Of a stretch of 64,000 bases of DNA, positions 30,160 to 41,036 are shown one piece after another. Source of the stretch: Candidatus Poriferihabitaceae bacterium (lineage in GTDB: Bacteria; Pseudomonadota; Gammaproteobacteria; Arenicellales; Poriferihabitantaceae). The first letter of the stretch is position 1; each line of letters opens with the position of its first letter. The stretch covers positions 305,925 to 369,924 of the forward strand of contig CBDEGO010000003.1 in the NCBI GenBank assembly GCA_965237995.1, in the 5' to 3' direction. Made by a program: the position numbers and the translations under genes. The notes under the pieces were generated by a model, which was not told the origin of the DNA, did not search any database, and worked only from the letters and a program-made list of their open reading frames with translations.

Positions 30160-32271
30160 TTATGCTTCAGATGCATTATCTGCATCAGATTCAATGAGTG
30201 CTTTCATGCTCAAGCGGATACGACCCTGCTTATCTACTTCTAGCACCTTAACTTTGACAGTATCACCTTCCGACAGCTCGTCGCTCACTGTATTCACACG
30301 TTCGTGCGAAATCTGCGAGATATGAACTAAGCCATCACGACCGGGCAAGATATTCACGAATGCACCGAAGTCCATTAAACGAACTACTTTGCCTTCATAC
30401 ACCATACCCGTTTCAACATCAGCAGTGATCTGCTCGATACGGCGAATAGCTGCTTGACTGCCTTCATTATCGCTAGAGGCAATCTTGATTGTGCCATCAT
30501 CATCGATATCAATCGTCGCACCGGTTTCTTCAGAGATAGAACGAATAACCGCCCCACCCTTACCGATTACGTCGCGAATTTTGTCAGTGTGAATCTTCAT
30601 CGTCAAAATACGCGGCGCGTAATCAGACATTTCTTCACGCGCTGAAGAGATAACTTTGCCCATTTCACCAAGTATAAATAAGCGGCCATCTTTTGCTTGC
30701 GCTAAGGCTTTTTGCATGATTTCTTCAGTGATGCCATCAATCTTGATGTCCATCTGCAACGCAGTAATACCATCTTCAGTACCGGCTACTTTAAAGTCCA
30801 TGTCGCCTAAGTGATCTTCATCACCTAATATATCGCTCAAAACAGCGTAGTCGTCGCCTTCTTTAATCAAACCCATCGCAACACCTGCGACTGGTGCCTT
30901 CATTTGAACACCGGCGTCCATTAACGCTAGACTGGTTCCACAAACAGAAGCCATGGAGCTAGAGCCATTAGATTCCGTAATTTCTGAAACCACGCGAATA
31001 GAGTATGGATATTCGTCCATATCCGGCAAAGCCGCTGCAATTCCGCGATAAGCTAAACGCCCGTGGCCTATTTCGCGACGCTTAGGTGAACCAACACGCC
31101 CCGTTTCACCAACACAGTATGGAGGAAAGTTGTAGTGCAACATAAATGGCTGCTTATACTCACCTTCTAACGCTTCAATGCGTTGCGCGTCCCGATCAGT
31201 GCCTAATGTAGTTACAACTATTGCTTGAGTTTCACCACGTGTAAATAGAGCTGAACCGTGTGTGCGAGGTAAAATACCTGTTTCAACAGTGATAGGGCGT
31301 ACTGTACTAGTATCACGACCGTCAATACGTGGCTCGCCTGCAATAATGCGACCGCGAACAGTTTGCTTTTCTAGCTTCTTGAACGCATCTTTACATTTGC
31401 CTTCAAAGCCGTCCTCGCTGTCTTCATTAACTAACGCTTCAAACATTTTTGCTTTTGCATCACCAATTGCAGCGTAGCGATCCATTTTTTCAGCCACTTG
31501 ATAAGCGGCTGTTAAATCACCGCCAACTGCCGCACTTACAGCTTCAAAAGCAGTATCGTCTTTTTCAGGCGCAGTCCAAGTACTAGGCGTAATATCAAAT
31601 TCAGCACCAAATTCTTTAACTGCGTTTATCGCTGTTTGTAGTTGCTCATGACCATACATAACCGCGCCTAACATCTGCTCTTCAGATAACATTTGCGCTT
31701 CAGACTCCACCATCAACACCGCCTTTTCTGTACCTGCAACCACTAAATCGAGTTGCGAGTTTTCTTTAAGGGCAGTTTGGCTTGGGTTAAGGACATATTC
31801 ACCATTGATATAACCAACACGTGCTGCACTCATTGGGCCATTAAATGGCAAGCCTGATATCTCAATTGCCGCTGATGCGCCAACCAAAGACACGATATCT
31901 GGATCGATCTGTGGATCAATCGATAAAACCGTCACTACGATCTGAACTTCTTGTTTGAAGTCTTTAGGGAACAATGGACGAATTGGGCGATCCATCAGAC
32001 GACAAGTCAAAATTGCCTTTTCTGAAGGACGACCTTCACGCTTAAAGAAACCGCCCGGTATTTTACCTGCAGCATAGAAACGTTCTTCGTAATCTACTGT
32101 TAGCGGGAAAAAATCGCGCTCGATATCATCTTGACGCGCAACAATAGTAACCATCACCATTGTATCGCCAAGGCTTGCAATAACTGCGCCATTGGCTTGC
32201 TTGGCAATTTTGCCAGACTTCAACGTGAACTCATGTTCACCGTACTGAAACTTTTTAACTATGTCTTTCAC
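30160..32271 (-). CDS. pnp: Polyribonucleotide nucleotidyltransferase (PNPase)
   Basis: 703 aa. Two RNase PH domains ([30 protein letters not shown]), KH and S1 domains. GTG start with an AAGGA Shine-Dalgarno. Confidence 0.98.
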   Translation of the reverse strand: MKDIVKKFQYGEHEFTLKSGKIAKQANGAVIASLGDTMVMVTIVARQDDIERDFFPLTVDYEERFYAAGKIPGGFFKREGRPSEKAILTCRLMDRPIRPLFPKDFKQEVQIVVTVLSIDPQIDPDIVSLVGASAAIEISGLPFNGPMSAARVGYINGEYVLNPSQTALKENSQLDLVVAGTEKAVLMVESEAQMLSEEQMLGAVMYGHEQLQTAINAVKEFGAEFDITPSTWTAPEKDDTAFEAVSAAVGGDLTAAYQVAEKMDRYAAIGDAKAKMFEALVNEDSEDGFEGKCKDAFKKLEKQTVRGRIIAGEPRIDGRDTSTVRPITVETGILPRTHGSALFTRGETQAIVVTTLGTDRDAQRIEALEGEYKQPFMLHYNFPPYCVGETGRVGSPKRREIGHGRLAYRGIAAALPDMDEYPYSIRVVSEITESNGSSSMASVCGTSLALMDAGVQMKAPVAGVAMGLIKEGDDYAVLSDILGDEDHLGDMDFKVAGTEDGITALQMDIKIDGITEEIMQKALAQAKDGRLFILGEMGKVISSAREEMSDYAPRILTMKIHTDKIRDVIGKGGAVIRSISEETGATIDIDDDGTIKIASSDNEGSQAAIRRIEQITADVETGMVYEGKVVRLMDFGAFVNILPGRDGLVHISQISHERVNTVSDELSEGDTVKVKVLEVDKQGRIRLSMKALIESDADNASEA

Positions 32272-32289
32272 TTGGATTATCCTTTGCGT

Positions 32290-32559
32290 TTACTTACGTA
32301 AACCTAGTTTTGCGATTAATGCGCGGTATCGCTCAACATCTACTCGCTTTAAATAGTCAAGTAAACTACGACGACGATTAACAAGACGTAATAAGCCCTG
32401 TCGTGAGTGGTGATCGTGAATATGGGTTTTGAAGTGTTCAGTTAAATCTTTGATGCGAGCGGTCAACAACGCAACTTGCACTTCTGTTGAACCAGTGTCG
32501 CCTGCACTTCTTGCGTGGTCTTTAATGATCGCTTCACGATCGGCAAAAGTAAGAGCCAT
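32290..32559 (-). CDS. rpsO: 30S ribosomal protein S15
   Basis: [51 protein letters not shown]. Confidence 0.97.
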   Translation of the reverse strand: MALTFADREAIIKDHARSAGDTGSTEVQVALLTARIKDLTEHFKTHIHDHHSRQGLLRLVNRRRSLLDYLKRVDVERYRALIAKLGLRK

Positions 32560-32712
32560 TTGATGGATTCCTGTATGTGTTATATCGAAATTGTTCGACC
32601 CAATTACCAGACACCCCCCTATTGTGGGTACCAGTTAAGAGGGTGTGATCGCCGTATTGTGGCCACCCCTAAAAGGGGCGCGTATTGTAACGACTCAATG
32701 TTCAATAAACAA
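32560..32712 (-). promoter_or_regulatory. Candidate rpsO promoter and structured 5' leader
   Basis: Minus strand TTGTTT-17 nt-TACAAT (32707-32712 / 32684-32689). The leader contains hairpin GCGCCCC-TTTT-AGGGGTG, a long-range ACACCC/GGGTGT pairing, and two copies of CCACAATA (plus-strand tattgtgg at 32620 and 32655) plus a related TACAATA. Sequence-only prediction. Confidence 0.3.
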
Positions 32713-32897
32713 GCGCTTTACGACAACATTCAAGCTTTACCAAAAGCAAGCATTAACAGACCCTAAACTTATATATGCTCTACTTTATGCCGCCCCTGTT
32801 TTTCAACATATTTATCACAACCACAAGAGGACAAATTTGCAGACAATTTAATATCTGAATTTAGTATATACCCTTATATAATTGATATTAATAAATA

Positions 32898-33932
32898 TTA
32901 CCATTGCAGTACGACTTTACCACTAGACCCATCATTCATAGCTGCAAACCCTTGCTCAAACTGATCCACTGACAACCGATGGGTTATGACCTTACGAACA
33001 TCTAGTCCATTTTGCAACATCGCGATCATTTTGTACCAAGTTTCGAATATTTCTCTACCGTAAACACCTTTAATTGTGATCGCTTTGAACACGATACGTG
33101 ACCAATCGACAGGTGACTTTCCTGGAGGAATACCGAGTAAAGCGACTTTTCCTCCCATTACCATAGCTTCAATCATTTGATTCATTGCTTGTTGATTACC
33201 AGACATTTCTAATCCAACGTCAAACCCTTGCTTTAAACCAAGTTCAGTTTTCACTTCATCTAAACTTTCACGTTGAGGATTCATTGGCCGCACATCTGCC
33301 ACTTCAGCAGCTAAAGCTAAGCGATTGTCATTGATATCGGTGATAACTACATTCCTCGCGCCGACGTACCTTGCAACGGCTGCGGCCATTATCCCAATTG
33401 GACCTGCCCCTGTGATCAATACATCTTCACCAATTAGATTAAAAGTCAACGCCGTGTGAACTGCATTGCCTAATGGGTCAAGAATAGAGCCTATCTCATC
33501 GTCAATATCGTCAGGCAAAGGCACGACATTAAAGGCAGGTAGACATAGGTATTGCGAAAATGCACCCGGTTCGTTAACACCAATACCACGAGTTTCTGGA
33601 TCAAGATGAAATTTGCCTGCGCGCGACTGCCTAGAGGACTTACCTATCAAGTGCCCTTCTCCAGAACAACGCTGGCTAAGTGCTAACTCAGTTACCGCTG
33701 AACCCATCTCCACTATTTTTCCGCTGAATTCATGCCCAGTGATCAGCGGCACAGGTATCGTTTTTTGCGCCCACTCGTCCCAGTTCCATATATGCAAATC
33801 GGTGCCACAAATAGCTGTTTTACTAATTTGTATCAATACGTCTTCCGGACCTAACTCTGGTATTGCTTGGTTTTCCACCCAGAGTCCAACTTCTGGTTTA
33901 GATTTAACTAGCGCCTTCATCGTCGCACTCAT
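32898..33932 (-). CDS. tdh: L-threonine 3-dehydrogenase
   Basis: Zn-ADH motifs [14 protein letters not shown] and GAGPIG. ATGA overlap with the kbl stop. Confidence 0.95.
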   Translation of the reverse strand: MSATMKALVKSKPEVGLWVENQAIPELGPEDVLIQISKTAICGTDLHIWNWDEWAQKTIPVPLITGHEFSGKIVEMGSAVTELALSQRCSGEGHLIGKSSRQSRAGKFHLDPETRGIGVNEPGAFSQYLCLPAFNVVPLPDDIDDEIGSILDPLGNAVHTALTFNLIGEDVLITGAGPIGIMAAAVARYVGARNVVITDINDNRLALAAEVADVRPMNPQRESLDEVKTELGLKQGFDVGLEMSGNQQAMNQMIEAMVMGGKVALLGIPPGKSPVDWSRIVFKAITIKGVYGREIFETWYKMIAMLQNGLDVRKVITHRLSVDQFEQGFAAMNDGSSGKVVLQW

Positions 33933-35131
33933 GACAAAACGCCCATTTCTTTGCCAACTTGTTCAAATACATTTAAGGCACGATTAAGATCGTCACGGGT
34001 CAATGCCGCATTCATTTGCGTACGTATTCTCGCTTCGCCAATAGGTACAACTGGATAAAAAAAGCCAGAAACAAACACTCCCAAAGCAGCTAATCGCACT
34101 GCCATCTCTTGCGCCAATTCTGCCTCGCCTAGCATAACAGGAATTATCGGATGCTCACCCTCAAGCAGGTCAAACCCTAACTCTGACAAGCCTTTACGCC
34201 AGTATCGTGCGTTATCGAATAACTGAGTTCGCAAATCATCTCCTTGCTCAATCAAATTCAAAGCAGCTATACCTGCTGTCACAACCATTGGAGGAAGTGA
34301 ATTTGAAAATAAGTACGGCCTAGCCCGTTGACGTAATAAATTAATCACCGCCAGCGGTCCGGAAACATATCCCCCAATCGCCCCACCCAATGCTTTGCCC
34401 AAGGTACCGGTAAGAATATCGGCTTCAACATTAAAATGCGCTGGTGTGCCTTTCCCGTGAGGCCCCATAAATCCGGTTGCGTGGCAATCATCTACCACCA
34501 GCATGGCATCGTATTTTTCCGCGAGGACTTTAATATCTGGCAAGTTTGCCAGATACCCGTCCATTGAGAACACACCGTCGGTTGCAATTAGGATAAACCT
34601 AGCGCCTTCCTTCCTCGCTATACGTAACTGGGTTTCCAGATCATCCATATCTGAATTTGTAAATCGATATCGCTTTGCCTTACATAATCGAATGCCATCT
34701 ATGATGGAAGCATGATTAAGGGAATCAGAAATAATGGCATCTTCAGGGCCTAATAGTGGCTCAAACAATCCGCCATTTGCGTCAAAGCAAGCTGCGAATA
34801 AAATGGCATCTTCTTTGTCTAAATATTTAGCTAAGCGTTGCTCTAATTGACGATGAATATCTTGTGTTCCACAAATAAATCGAACGGAAGCCATGCCGTA
34901 ACCATACTCATCTAAACCTCGCTTCGCGGCTTGTATCAAACTCGGGTGATCAGCCAATCCAAGGTAATTATTAGCGCATAAATTGATCACTTTATCGCGC
35001 GCTACGTCTCCATCCTTGACTGTGATATTGGCCCCTTGCGGTGAAATAATCTCTCGTTCACGCTTCAAAAGCCCGTTGCTTTCGATTTCATTTAACACGG
35101 TTGATAAATGACTTAAAAATTGAATGGTCAT
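33929..35131 (-). CDS. kbl: 2-amino-3-ketobutyrate CoA ligase (glycine C-acetyltransferase)
   Basis: Alpha-oxoamine synthase family: [34 protein letters not shown]. kbl-tdh order. Confidence 0.95.
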   Translation of the reverse strand: MTIQFLSHLSTVLNEIESNGLLKREREIISPQGANITVKDGDVARDKVINLCANNYLGLADHPSLIQAAKRGLDEYGYGMASVRFICGTQDIHRQLEQRLAKYLDKEDAILFAACFDANGGLFEPLLGPEDAIISDSLNHASIIDGIRLCKAKRYRFTNSDMDDLETQLRIARKEGARFILIATDGVFSMDGYLANLPDIKVLAEKYDAMLVVDDCHATGFMGPHGKGTPAHFNVEADILTGTLGKALGGAIGGYVSGPLAVINLLRQRARPYLFSNSLPPMVVTAGIAALNLIEQGDDLRTQLFDNARYWRKGLSELGFDLLEGEHPIIPVMLGEAELAQEMAVRLAALGVFVSGFFYPVVPIGEARIRTQMNAALTRDDLNRALNVFEQVGKEMGVLS

Positions 35132-35306
35132 AAGTAGGTTCTTTTGTATCTACGTTTTAGCCGGCAACTGGCTGAACAATAATGCAAGAACCTTATCTGT
35201 TATATTAGAGAAGGTGCTTCTTTTATTGCTAATAATTTAGATATATTCAAAAATTTCTTTTGGTAATATGCGATTTATCAGAAGAATACAAAATATCTGC
35301 TTACAT

Positions 35307-35771
35307 ATGAATCCAATCACACTAGACCATATTGACCAAAAGATAATTCGGGAACTGAAAGTTGAAGCGCGAGTGAGCAATGCCGAGCTAGCAAGGCGCG
35401 TAGGTTTATCTCAATCTCCTTGCTGGACCAGGGTAAAGAGTTTAGAAGACAAAGGTGTAATTACGGGATACCAAGCAGTTATCAATCCCAGAGCTCTTGG
35501 CAAAGGTGAAATAATGATGGTCCAAGTCTCTATGGACAGACATGACGACGCAAGTTTTTCTATTGCAGAACAAGCCATTCGCAACATCCCTGAAGTGATT
35601 GAAGCACATCTATGTGCCGCAGAGTTTGACTTCTTAATCAAACTCTCAGTAAAGGACACCAAAGAATTCGAACAATTTTTAAAACAGAAGATTTACAAAA
35701 TTCCTGGCATAAAAAATGTACGCTCTATACTGTGCATTCGAGATATTTTGAAAGAAGAGTCCTCAGTTTAG
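35307..35771 (+). CDS. Lrp/AsnC family transcriptional regulator
   Basis: LDHIDQKIIRELKVEARVSNAELARRVGLSQSPCWTRVKSLEDKGVI helix-turn-helix plus a C-terminal RAM/AsnC domain. I prefer the ATG at 35307 (154 aa, family-typical) over the track start at 35268. Divergent from kbl-tdh. Confidence 0.88.
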   Translation: MNPITLDHIDQKIIRELKVEARVSNAELARRVGLSQSPCWTRVKSLEDKGVITGYQAVINPRALGKGEIMMVQVSMDRHDDASFSIAEQAIRNIPEVIEAHLCAAEFDFLIKLSVKDTKEFEQFLKQKIYKIPGIKNVRSILCIRDILKEESSV

Positions 35772-35889
35772 CGCAATGATTAAGGTTGGTATTGCCTGCA
35801 ATATAACTTAGCAAGTAACTCGATCAGTCTATTTAATGATTGTATTTGCTTAGGAATTTCAAATCTCGCCTCAGTATTAGGCATTTACT

Positions 35890-37323
35890 TTATGACTTCT
35901 TTCGCCAACTAGACAAACCACCGGGTTTGTCCTCAATTTCAATATTCAGGGCTAGCAATTCATCGCGAATCTGGTCAGCTGTCGCCCAATCTTTATCGGT
36001 CTTAGCCTGTTGGCGCCGCGCTAACAAGTCATCTAATTGTGCTGCGGTATATTCACCAACAACCAGCTCTTCATCACTAAAACCAGACAAACCCAAAAAG
36101 TTAGCTGGATTTTGCGTCACCACGCCCAAAATATCACATAAGTAATCAAACTCCGTAGCAAGCGCGCTAAGCTCATTTGTGTCTTGCTGATCTGACGCTT
36201 TATTTATTTCTCTAGCAAGCTCAAATAATACCGACAACGCTTCTGGCGTGTTGAAGTCATCATCCATTGCTTTGTAGAAATTAGCGCGATACTGCCTGCT
36301 CGTACAGGCAGTATTGCGCACCACATCATCTAAGCGATGCTTAACTTTATATAGACGTTCTAAGGCAGATCGCGCGTTATCTAATGTTTCATCGGAATAA
36401 TTGAGCGGGCTACGATAATGACTTGCTAACACCATATAACGGATCACTTCACCCATACGCTGTTGATCGCTATCTTGGGCTAGAACCTCTCGAATGGTGA
36501 AAAAATTGCCTAATGATTTAGACATCTTTTCTTTATCTACTTGCACGAAGCCGTTATGCATCCATAAATTAGCAAAAGTACAACCTGTCGCCCCTTCCGT
36601 TTGAGCTATCTCGTTTTCATGATGTGGAAATTGCAAGTCCATACCTCCCGCGTGGATATCAAACGTATCACTGAGGCAAGTCGTTGACATCGCCGAGCAT
36701 TCGATGTGCCAACCCGGTCTACCATTGCCCCATGGCGAAGGCCAATAAGGCTCGTCAGGTTTAGCGCTCTTCCACAATACGAAGTCAAGCGGGTCTTCTT
36801 TATCGCTGTCTTCTTCAACTCGCGCCCCGACGCGCAGTTGCTCAACATCTTTACCCGACAATTTGCCGTAACCTTTAAACTTGCGGACGCGGTAATACAC
36901 ATCACCGTTCTTTCCTTGGTAGGCGTAGTTCGCTGCAATCAGGCGTTCAGTTAAACTAATGATCTCGTCGATATGTTTTGTCGCGCGCGGCCTAATATCA
37001 GGTTCAAGCACATTGAGAACACGCTCATCTTCACGCATCGCCTCGATAAACCGCTCTGTTAGGCCAAAATACTCTTCACCATTTTCATTAGCGCGTTGAA
37101 TAATTTTATCGTCTATATCCGTAATATTGCTCACGTAGGTTACATCGTAACCTGCCTCGCGCAGGTATCTAGTCACCATATCGTATACAACCATCACACG
37201 CGCATGACCTAAATGACAAAAATCATAGACCGTCATACCGCACACATAGATCCCCACTTTATTCTCTTCAATAGGCGTGAATAACTCTTTTTTGCGCGTT
37301 AGGGTGTTGTATATATGTAGCAT
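35890..37323 (-). CDS. cysS: Cysteine--tRNA ligase
   Basis: HLGHAR (HIGH) and KMSKS motifs, 477 aa. Confidence 0.97.
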   Translation of the reverse strand: MLHIYNTLTRKKELFTPIEENKVGIYVCGMTVYDFCHLGHARVMVVYDMVTRYLREAGYDVTYVSNITDIDDKIIQRANENGEEYFGLTERFIEAMREDERVLNVLEPDIRPRATKHIDEIISLTERLIAANYAYQGKNGDVYYRVRKFKGYGKLSGKDVEQLRVGARVEEDSDKEDPLDFVLWKSAKPDEPYWPSPWGNGRPGWHIECSAMSTTCLSDTFDIHAGGMDLQFPHHENEIAQTEGATGCTFANLWMHNGFVQVDKEKMSKSLGNFFTIREVLAQDSDQQRMGEVIRYMVLASHYRSPLNYSDETLDNARSALERLYKVKHRLDDVVRNTACTSRQYRANFYKAMDDDFNTPEALSVLFELAREINKASDQQDTNELSALATEFDYLCDILGVVTQNPANFLGLSGFSDEELVVGEYTAAQLDDLLARRQQAKTDKDWATADQIRDELLALNIEIEDKPGGLSSWRKKS

Positions 37324-37431
37324 TTGCGTTGTCTTACGTTAAAATCACATCGCGGCCTTAAGTTTAAGGCATAAAATCAAGACGCGAAGTATACCTAAAC
37401 GCATTCATTAATAGCACCGACTATCTCCAAT

Positions 37432-38148
37432 ATGACGATCGCTTTCATTTCAGATTTACATCTCTCAGCAGAACGTCCAGCGTCCATTTCGCTGTTTAAA
37501 GATTTCATTGAAAAGTCTGTCGTATTAATGGATGAACTGTATATTTTGGGTGATTTTTTTGATTACTGGGTGGGCGACGATTGCACCGCTGCTTTAGGTT
37601 TTGAATTAGTAGAAAACCTGTTAAAACAAACGGTAGATAAGGGAACTCCGATTACATTTATAGCGGGCAATCGTGACTTCTTAGTTGGCGATGAGTTTAG
37701 CCAGCGCACAGGAGTCAAATTGATATCTGACGAAACGGTAATAGAGTTAAACGACCAGCGCGTTTTATTAGCCCATGGTGACGTTTACTGTACCGACGAC
37801 TTAGAACATATGGCAGCTCGCAACACTCTGCTGTCTCAAACATGGCAAAGAGAATTTCTGGAAAAGCCGTTAGAACAACGACTCGCGTTCGCACAATCTT
37901 TACGTATGCAAAGCGAAGAAGCTAAAAAGAACAAGAGCATGGACATTATGGATGTTAATCAACAAGCCATTGTCAACGCCATGGAAAAGCACTCCGCTGA
38001 CCTATTGATACACGGACATACGCACCGACCTTACGTGCACCGCCTCACTGTCAACAACCAAGAGCGCAGACGGTATGTATTAGGAGACTGGTATCAAGAT
38101 CGCAGCGTGCTGTATGCTGCTGAAGGCAAGCTATACCTAAAGAAGTGA
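37432..38148 (+). CDS. lpxH: UDP-2,3-diacylglucosamine diphosphatase LpxH
   Basis: Calcineurin-like motifs ISDLHL, GDFFDYW, GNRD, HGD and GHTHRP. Confidence 0.93.
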   Translation: MTIAFISDLHLSAERPASISLFKDFIEKSVVLMDELYILGDFFDYWVGDDCTAALGFELVENLLKQTVDKGTPITFIAGNRDFLVGDEFSQRTGVKLISDETVIELNDQRVLLAHGDVYCTDDLEHMAARNTLLSQTWQREFLEKPLEQRLAFAQSLRMQSEEAKKNKSMDIMDVNQQAIVNAMEKHSADLLIHGHTHRPYVHRLTVNNQERRRYVLGDWYQDRSVLYAAEGKLYLKK

Positions 38149-38164
38149 CTTTTAAGTTTCGGTA

Positions 38165-39697
38165 CTAGCTTCCAACTGCCTGTATCACCGCTAACTCAGA
38201 TGAGTCCAAGTCATTTTCAGCACGATCATGTTTAGCTTGGTCGTTGCGTTCAGCATCGATTGAAGCTAGATATTCCTCAGTAATATCGCCCGTTGGATAA
38301 ACTCCATTAAAGCATGAAGCGTCAAACTCTGTAATTGCACTCTGCCCATATTTGACCGCTTCAACCAGATCGTCCAAGTCTTGAAACAAAATCCAATCTG
38401 CTCCAATTTCCTCTCCAACTTCTGGGATACTGCGCCCATGCGCAACCAATTCACGGCAAGAAGGCATATCAATGCCGTACACATTAGGGTAACGCACAGG
38501 TGGCGCGGCTGACGCAAAATAAACATTCTTAGCCCCTGCTTCACGCGCGAGTTCGATAATCTTACTTGAGGTTGTTCCTCGAACGATTGAATCGTCAACC
38601 AACAACACATTTTTACCTTCAAACTCTGTACGCATTGCGTTTAGCTTTTGTCTGACCGATTTCTTGCGCTCTTGTTGGCCCGGCATAATGAACGTGCGGC
38701 CAATATAACGGTTTTTGATAAATCCTTCTCGATAGGGTAAACCCAGTTTAGTCGCTAGTTGATGCGCAGCTGGTCGCGAGGTATCGGGCACGGGAATGAC
38801 TACGTCGATATCGTGCTCTGGCCAAACGCGCATCAGTTTATCAGCCAAGGCTTCGCCCATGCGCATTCTAGTTTGATACACCTCGATCCCATCGAGAATA
38901 GAATCTGGGCGGGCGAGATAAACATGTTCAAAAATACAGGGCGTAGGCCTCGGGTTTTTTGCGCATATCTTGCGATGCACTGTTCCATCCATTTGAATGT
39001 ACACCGCTTCACCAGGCTGCACGTCGCCCACTAAATCAAACCCAAGAACATCAAACGCGATGCTCTCAGAAGAAAACAAATGTCCAACTCCACTTTGTTT
39101 ATCTCGGGTTCCATAACTCAATGGCCTTATCCCATTAGGGTCGCGGAACGCTAACATACCATTGCCGATCACCATTGCGATAATGGCAAACCCGCCTTTA
39201 CAACGGTCAAACACACCCGACACTGCGGTAAAGATATTTTCCACACTTGCACTCAAGCTATTCCCATCAAGCGTCTCTCGCAATTCATGGGCAAACACAT
39301 TGAGAATGATTTCGGAATCAGACGCGGTATTCAAATGGCGCAGATCTTGTCTAAACAACTCGTCTCGTAAACTATTGGCATTAGTTAAATTGCCGTTATG
39401 ACCGAGGGCAATACCAAATGGAGAATTCACATAAAATGGCTGGGCTTCTGCGCGCGAATCACCGCCCGCGGTTGGGTAGCGTGCGTGGCCTATGCCCATA
39501 TTCCCTTTTAACTGCAGCATATGACGCGTATGAAATACATCGCGTACTAAACCGTTGTCCTTCCTTAAGAATACCTTGTCTCCATCATAGGTAATGATGC
39601 CCGCGGCATCTTGTCCGCGATGCTGCAGTACGGTTAAACCATCATAAATGGATTGATTAACCGGTTCAGAATCTAGAAGCCCTATAATGCCGCACAT
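38165..39697 (-). CDS. purF: Amidophosphoribosyltransferase
   Basis: N-terminal nucleophile MCGIIG. PRPP loop VLLVDDSIVRGTT. accD-folC-dedD-cvpA-purF synteny. Confidence 0.97.
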   Translation of the reverse strand: MCGIIGLLDSEPVNQSIYDGLTVLQHRGQDAAGIITYDGDKVFLRKDNGLVRDVFHTRHMLQLKGNMGIGHARYPTAGGDSRAEAQPFYVNSPFGIALGHNGNLTNANSLRDELFRQDLRHLNTASDSEIILNVFAHELRETLDGNSLSASVENIFTAVSGVFDRCKGGFAIIAMVIGNGMLAFRDPNGIRPLSYGTRDKQSGVGHLFSSESIAFDVLGFDLVGDVQPGEAVYIQMDGTVHRKICAKNPRPTPCIFEHVYLARPDSILDGIEVYQTRMRMGEALADKLMRVWPEHDIDVVIPVPDTSRPAAHQLATKLGLPYREGFIKNRYIGRTFIMPGQQERKKSVRQKLNAMRTEFEGKNVLLVDDSIVRGTTSSKIIELAREAGAKNVYFASAAPPVRYPNVYGIDMPSCRELVAHGRSIPEVGEEIGADWILFQDLDDLVEAVKYGQSAITEFDASCFNGVYPTGDITEEYLASIDAERNDQAKHDRAENDLDSSELAVIQAVGS

Positions 39698-39752
39698 TTA
39701 GTGATTGCCGAAACTGATTCTTGTGAGTAAATGACGAATATGAAAAAAGTAA

Positions 39753-40295
39753 CTACTGTGAAGTTGTTGTTGGTTCTAGAGTCGGTGCAGACGTTGATGT
39801 AGCGTGTTCTATTTTATTCACTACGTCACCCGGCAAGTAGGATTTGATCCAATCAGCAACGGGTTGAAAATATTCTAGCAATTGAGAATCCTGCCACCAG
39901 GATTGCTCTTGCAAGTTCAAGAAATGACCGATAAGAATCAAAAAACCCATGATGACGGCCGCACGCACTGCACCAAATACACTGCCTAATGAACGGTCTA
40001 TTGCGCTCATCCCTGTGGCACTAAACAACTTACTAATTAAGTAGCTAACAATTGAAAAAGCGATCAACGCAAGCAAAAACACGACCACATAAGCAATGGC
40101 TAAAGCGAGCGTAGGTTCACTAATATAAGGGGTTACATAACTAGCAGCAAGCTCGCCGAAGTTATAGGCAATAAAGGCAGCGAGCACCCACGAACTGAGC
40201 GATAAAATTTCTTTAACGAATCCGCGAAAAATACCTACTAAAATAGAAATTGCTACAAACGCAATGACTACGATATCAAGCCATGCAAAACTCAT
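39753..40295 (-). CDS. cvpA: CvpA family membrane protein
   Basis: 4-TM protein in the canonical position upstream of purF. Confidence 0.88.
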   Translation of the reverse strand: MSFAWLDIVVIAFVAISILVGIFRGFVKEILSLSSWVLAAFIAYNFGELAASYVTPYISEPTLALAIAYVVVFLLALIAFSIVSYLISKLFSATGMSAIDRSLGSVFGAVRAAVIMGFLILIGHFLNLQEQSWWQDSQLLEYFQPVADWIKSYLPGDVVNKIEHATSTSAPTLEPTTTSQ

Positions 40296-40331
40296 AAAGT
40301 GCTCCGAATATTAGGAAATCAATAGTTTAGT

Positions 40332-41015
40332 CTATTTAAACGGATAGGGGGCAATATAGCCGCCACTACCGATAATAGATTCTAATTTTGCAGAAACTTT
40401 CTGCGCCTGCTCCTTCGTGTCGTAAGGCCCCAGCCATACACGAGTTCCTTTACCAAAGCTCGCTTGGATCTGCTCAGCATTAGGATTAAAGTCATGCTTT
40501 TTTAGTATTTTTGCAATAGACACTGCATTTTCTTTTTTAGAAAAAATACCCGCCTGTAAGGCCCAACCTTCTTTGATATTCTCTATCTTCTGTACCTTGG
40601 GTTCCTCTTTCTTGGTTACTTGAGTTTGAGTTGGCTCAGCTAATTTCTCAACAGCCTGTGTATCTTCTGGCTGCACTTTTGCAGCTTCTGGTTCAACAGC
40701 TTGCGGCGTAACCGGGCTAGGCGAATTAATTGTTTTGAGCACTAGCCCAGTGGAATCCTCTATATTATCGCTGCCGTCGGCGTTCTGCGAGGTAATCGCT
40801 AGCGGGTCCAGCGATGTGGTTTCTGTTGCTTCGCCCTCTTCTGGCAGTGGCTGAATTTTAGATTGAAATTCGGCTTTTTGCTCTGCTTCAATTTTTTTAA
40901 TACTGCTCTTTGGTTCACCCAGAAACATCGGAATCAACAACACCGCTAAAATGACCAATAAAATGGCGCCAAAAATCCTGTTTTTTAGCTGCGGATTAGG
41001 AACTAAGGAATCCAA
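40332..41015 (-). CDS. dedD: SPOR-domain cell-division protein (DedD-like)
   Basis: N-terminal TM, Pro/Glu/Gln-rich linker, C-terminal SPOR domain (GWALQAGIFSKKENA...RVWLGPYDTKEQAQ). Sits between folC and cvpA as in E. coli. Confidence 0.75.
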   Translation of the reverse strand: MDSLVPNPQLKNRIFGAILLVILAVLLIPMFLGEPKSSIKKIEAEQKAEFQSKIQPLPEEGEATETTSLDPLAITSQNADGSDNIEDSTGLVLKTINSPSPVTPQAVEPEAAKVQPEDTQAVEKLAEPTQTQVTKKEEPKVQKIENIKEGWALQAGIFSKKENAVSIAKILKKHDFNPNAEQIQASFGKGTRVWLGPYDTKEQAQKVSAKLESIIGSGGYIAPYPFK

Positions 41016-41036
41016 AATTAACGTTGTCTATTGCGA

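Noticed and set aside
33613-33987. 124-aa plus-strand ORF spanning the kbl/tdh junction
   Set aside because: It is antisense to two strongly supported genes and has no recognisable motif. The same reasoning applies to 18575-18910 (antisense gatA), 36606-36938 and 35840-36145 (cysS region), 38266-38622 (alternate frame of purF), 45101-45517 (glnE) and 54368-54604 (purD).
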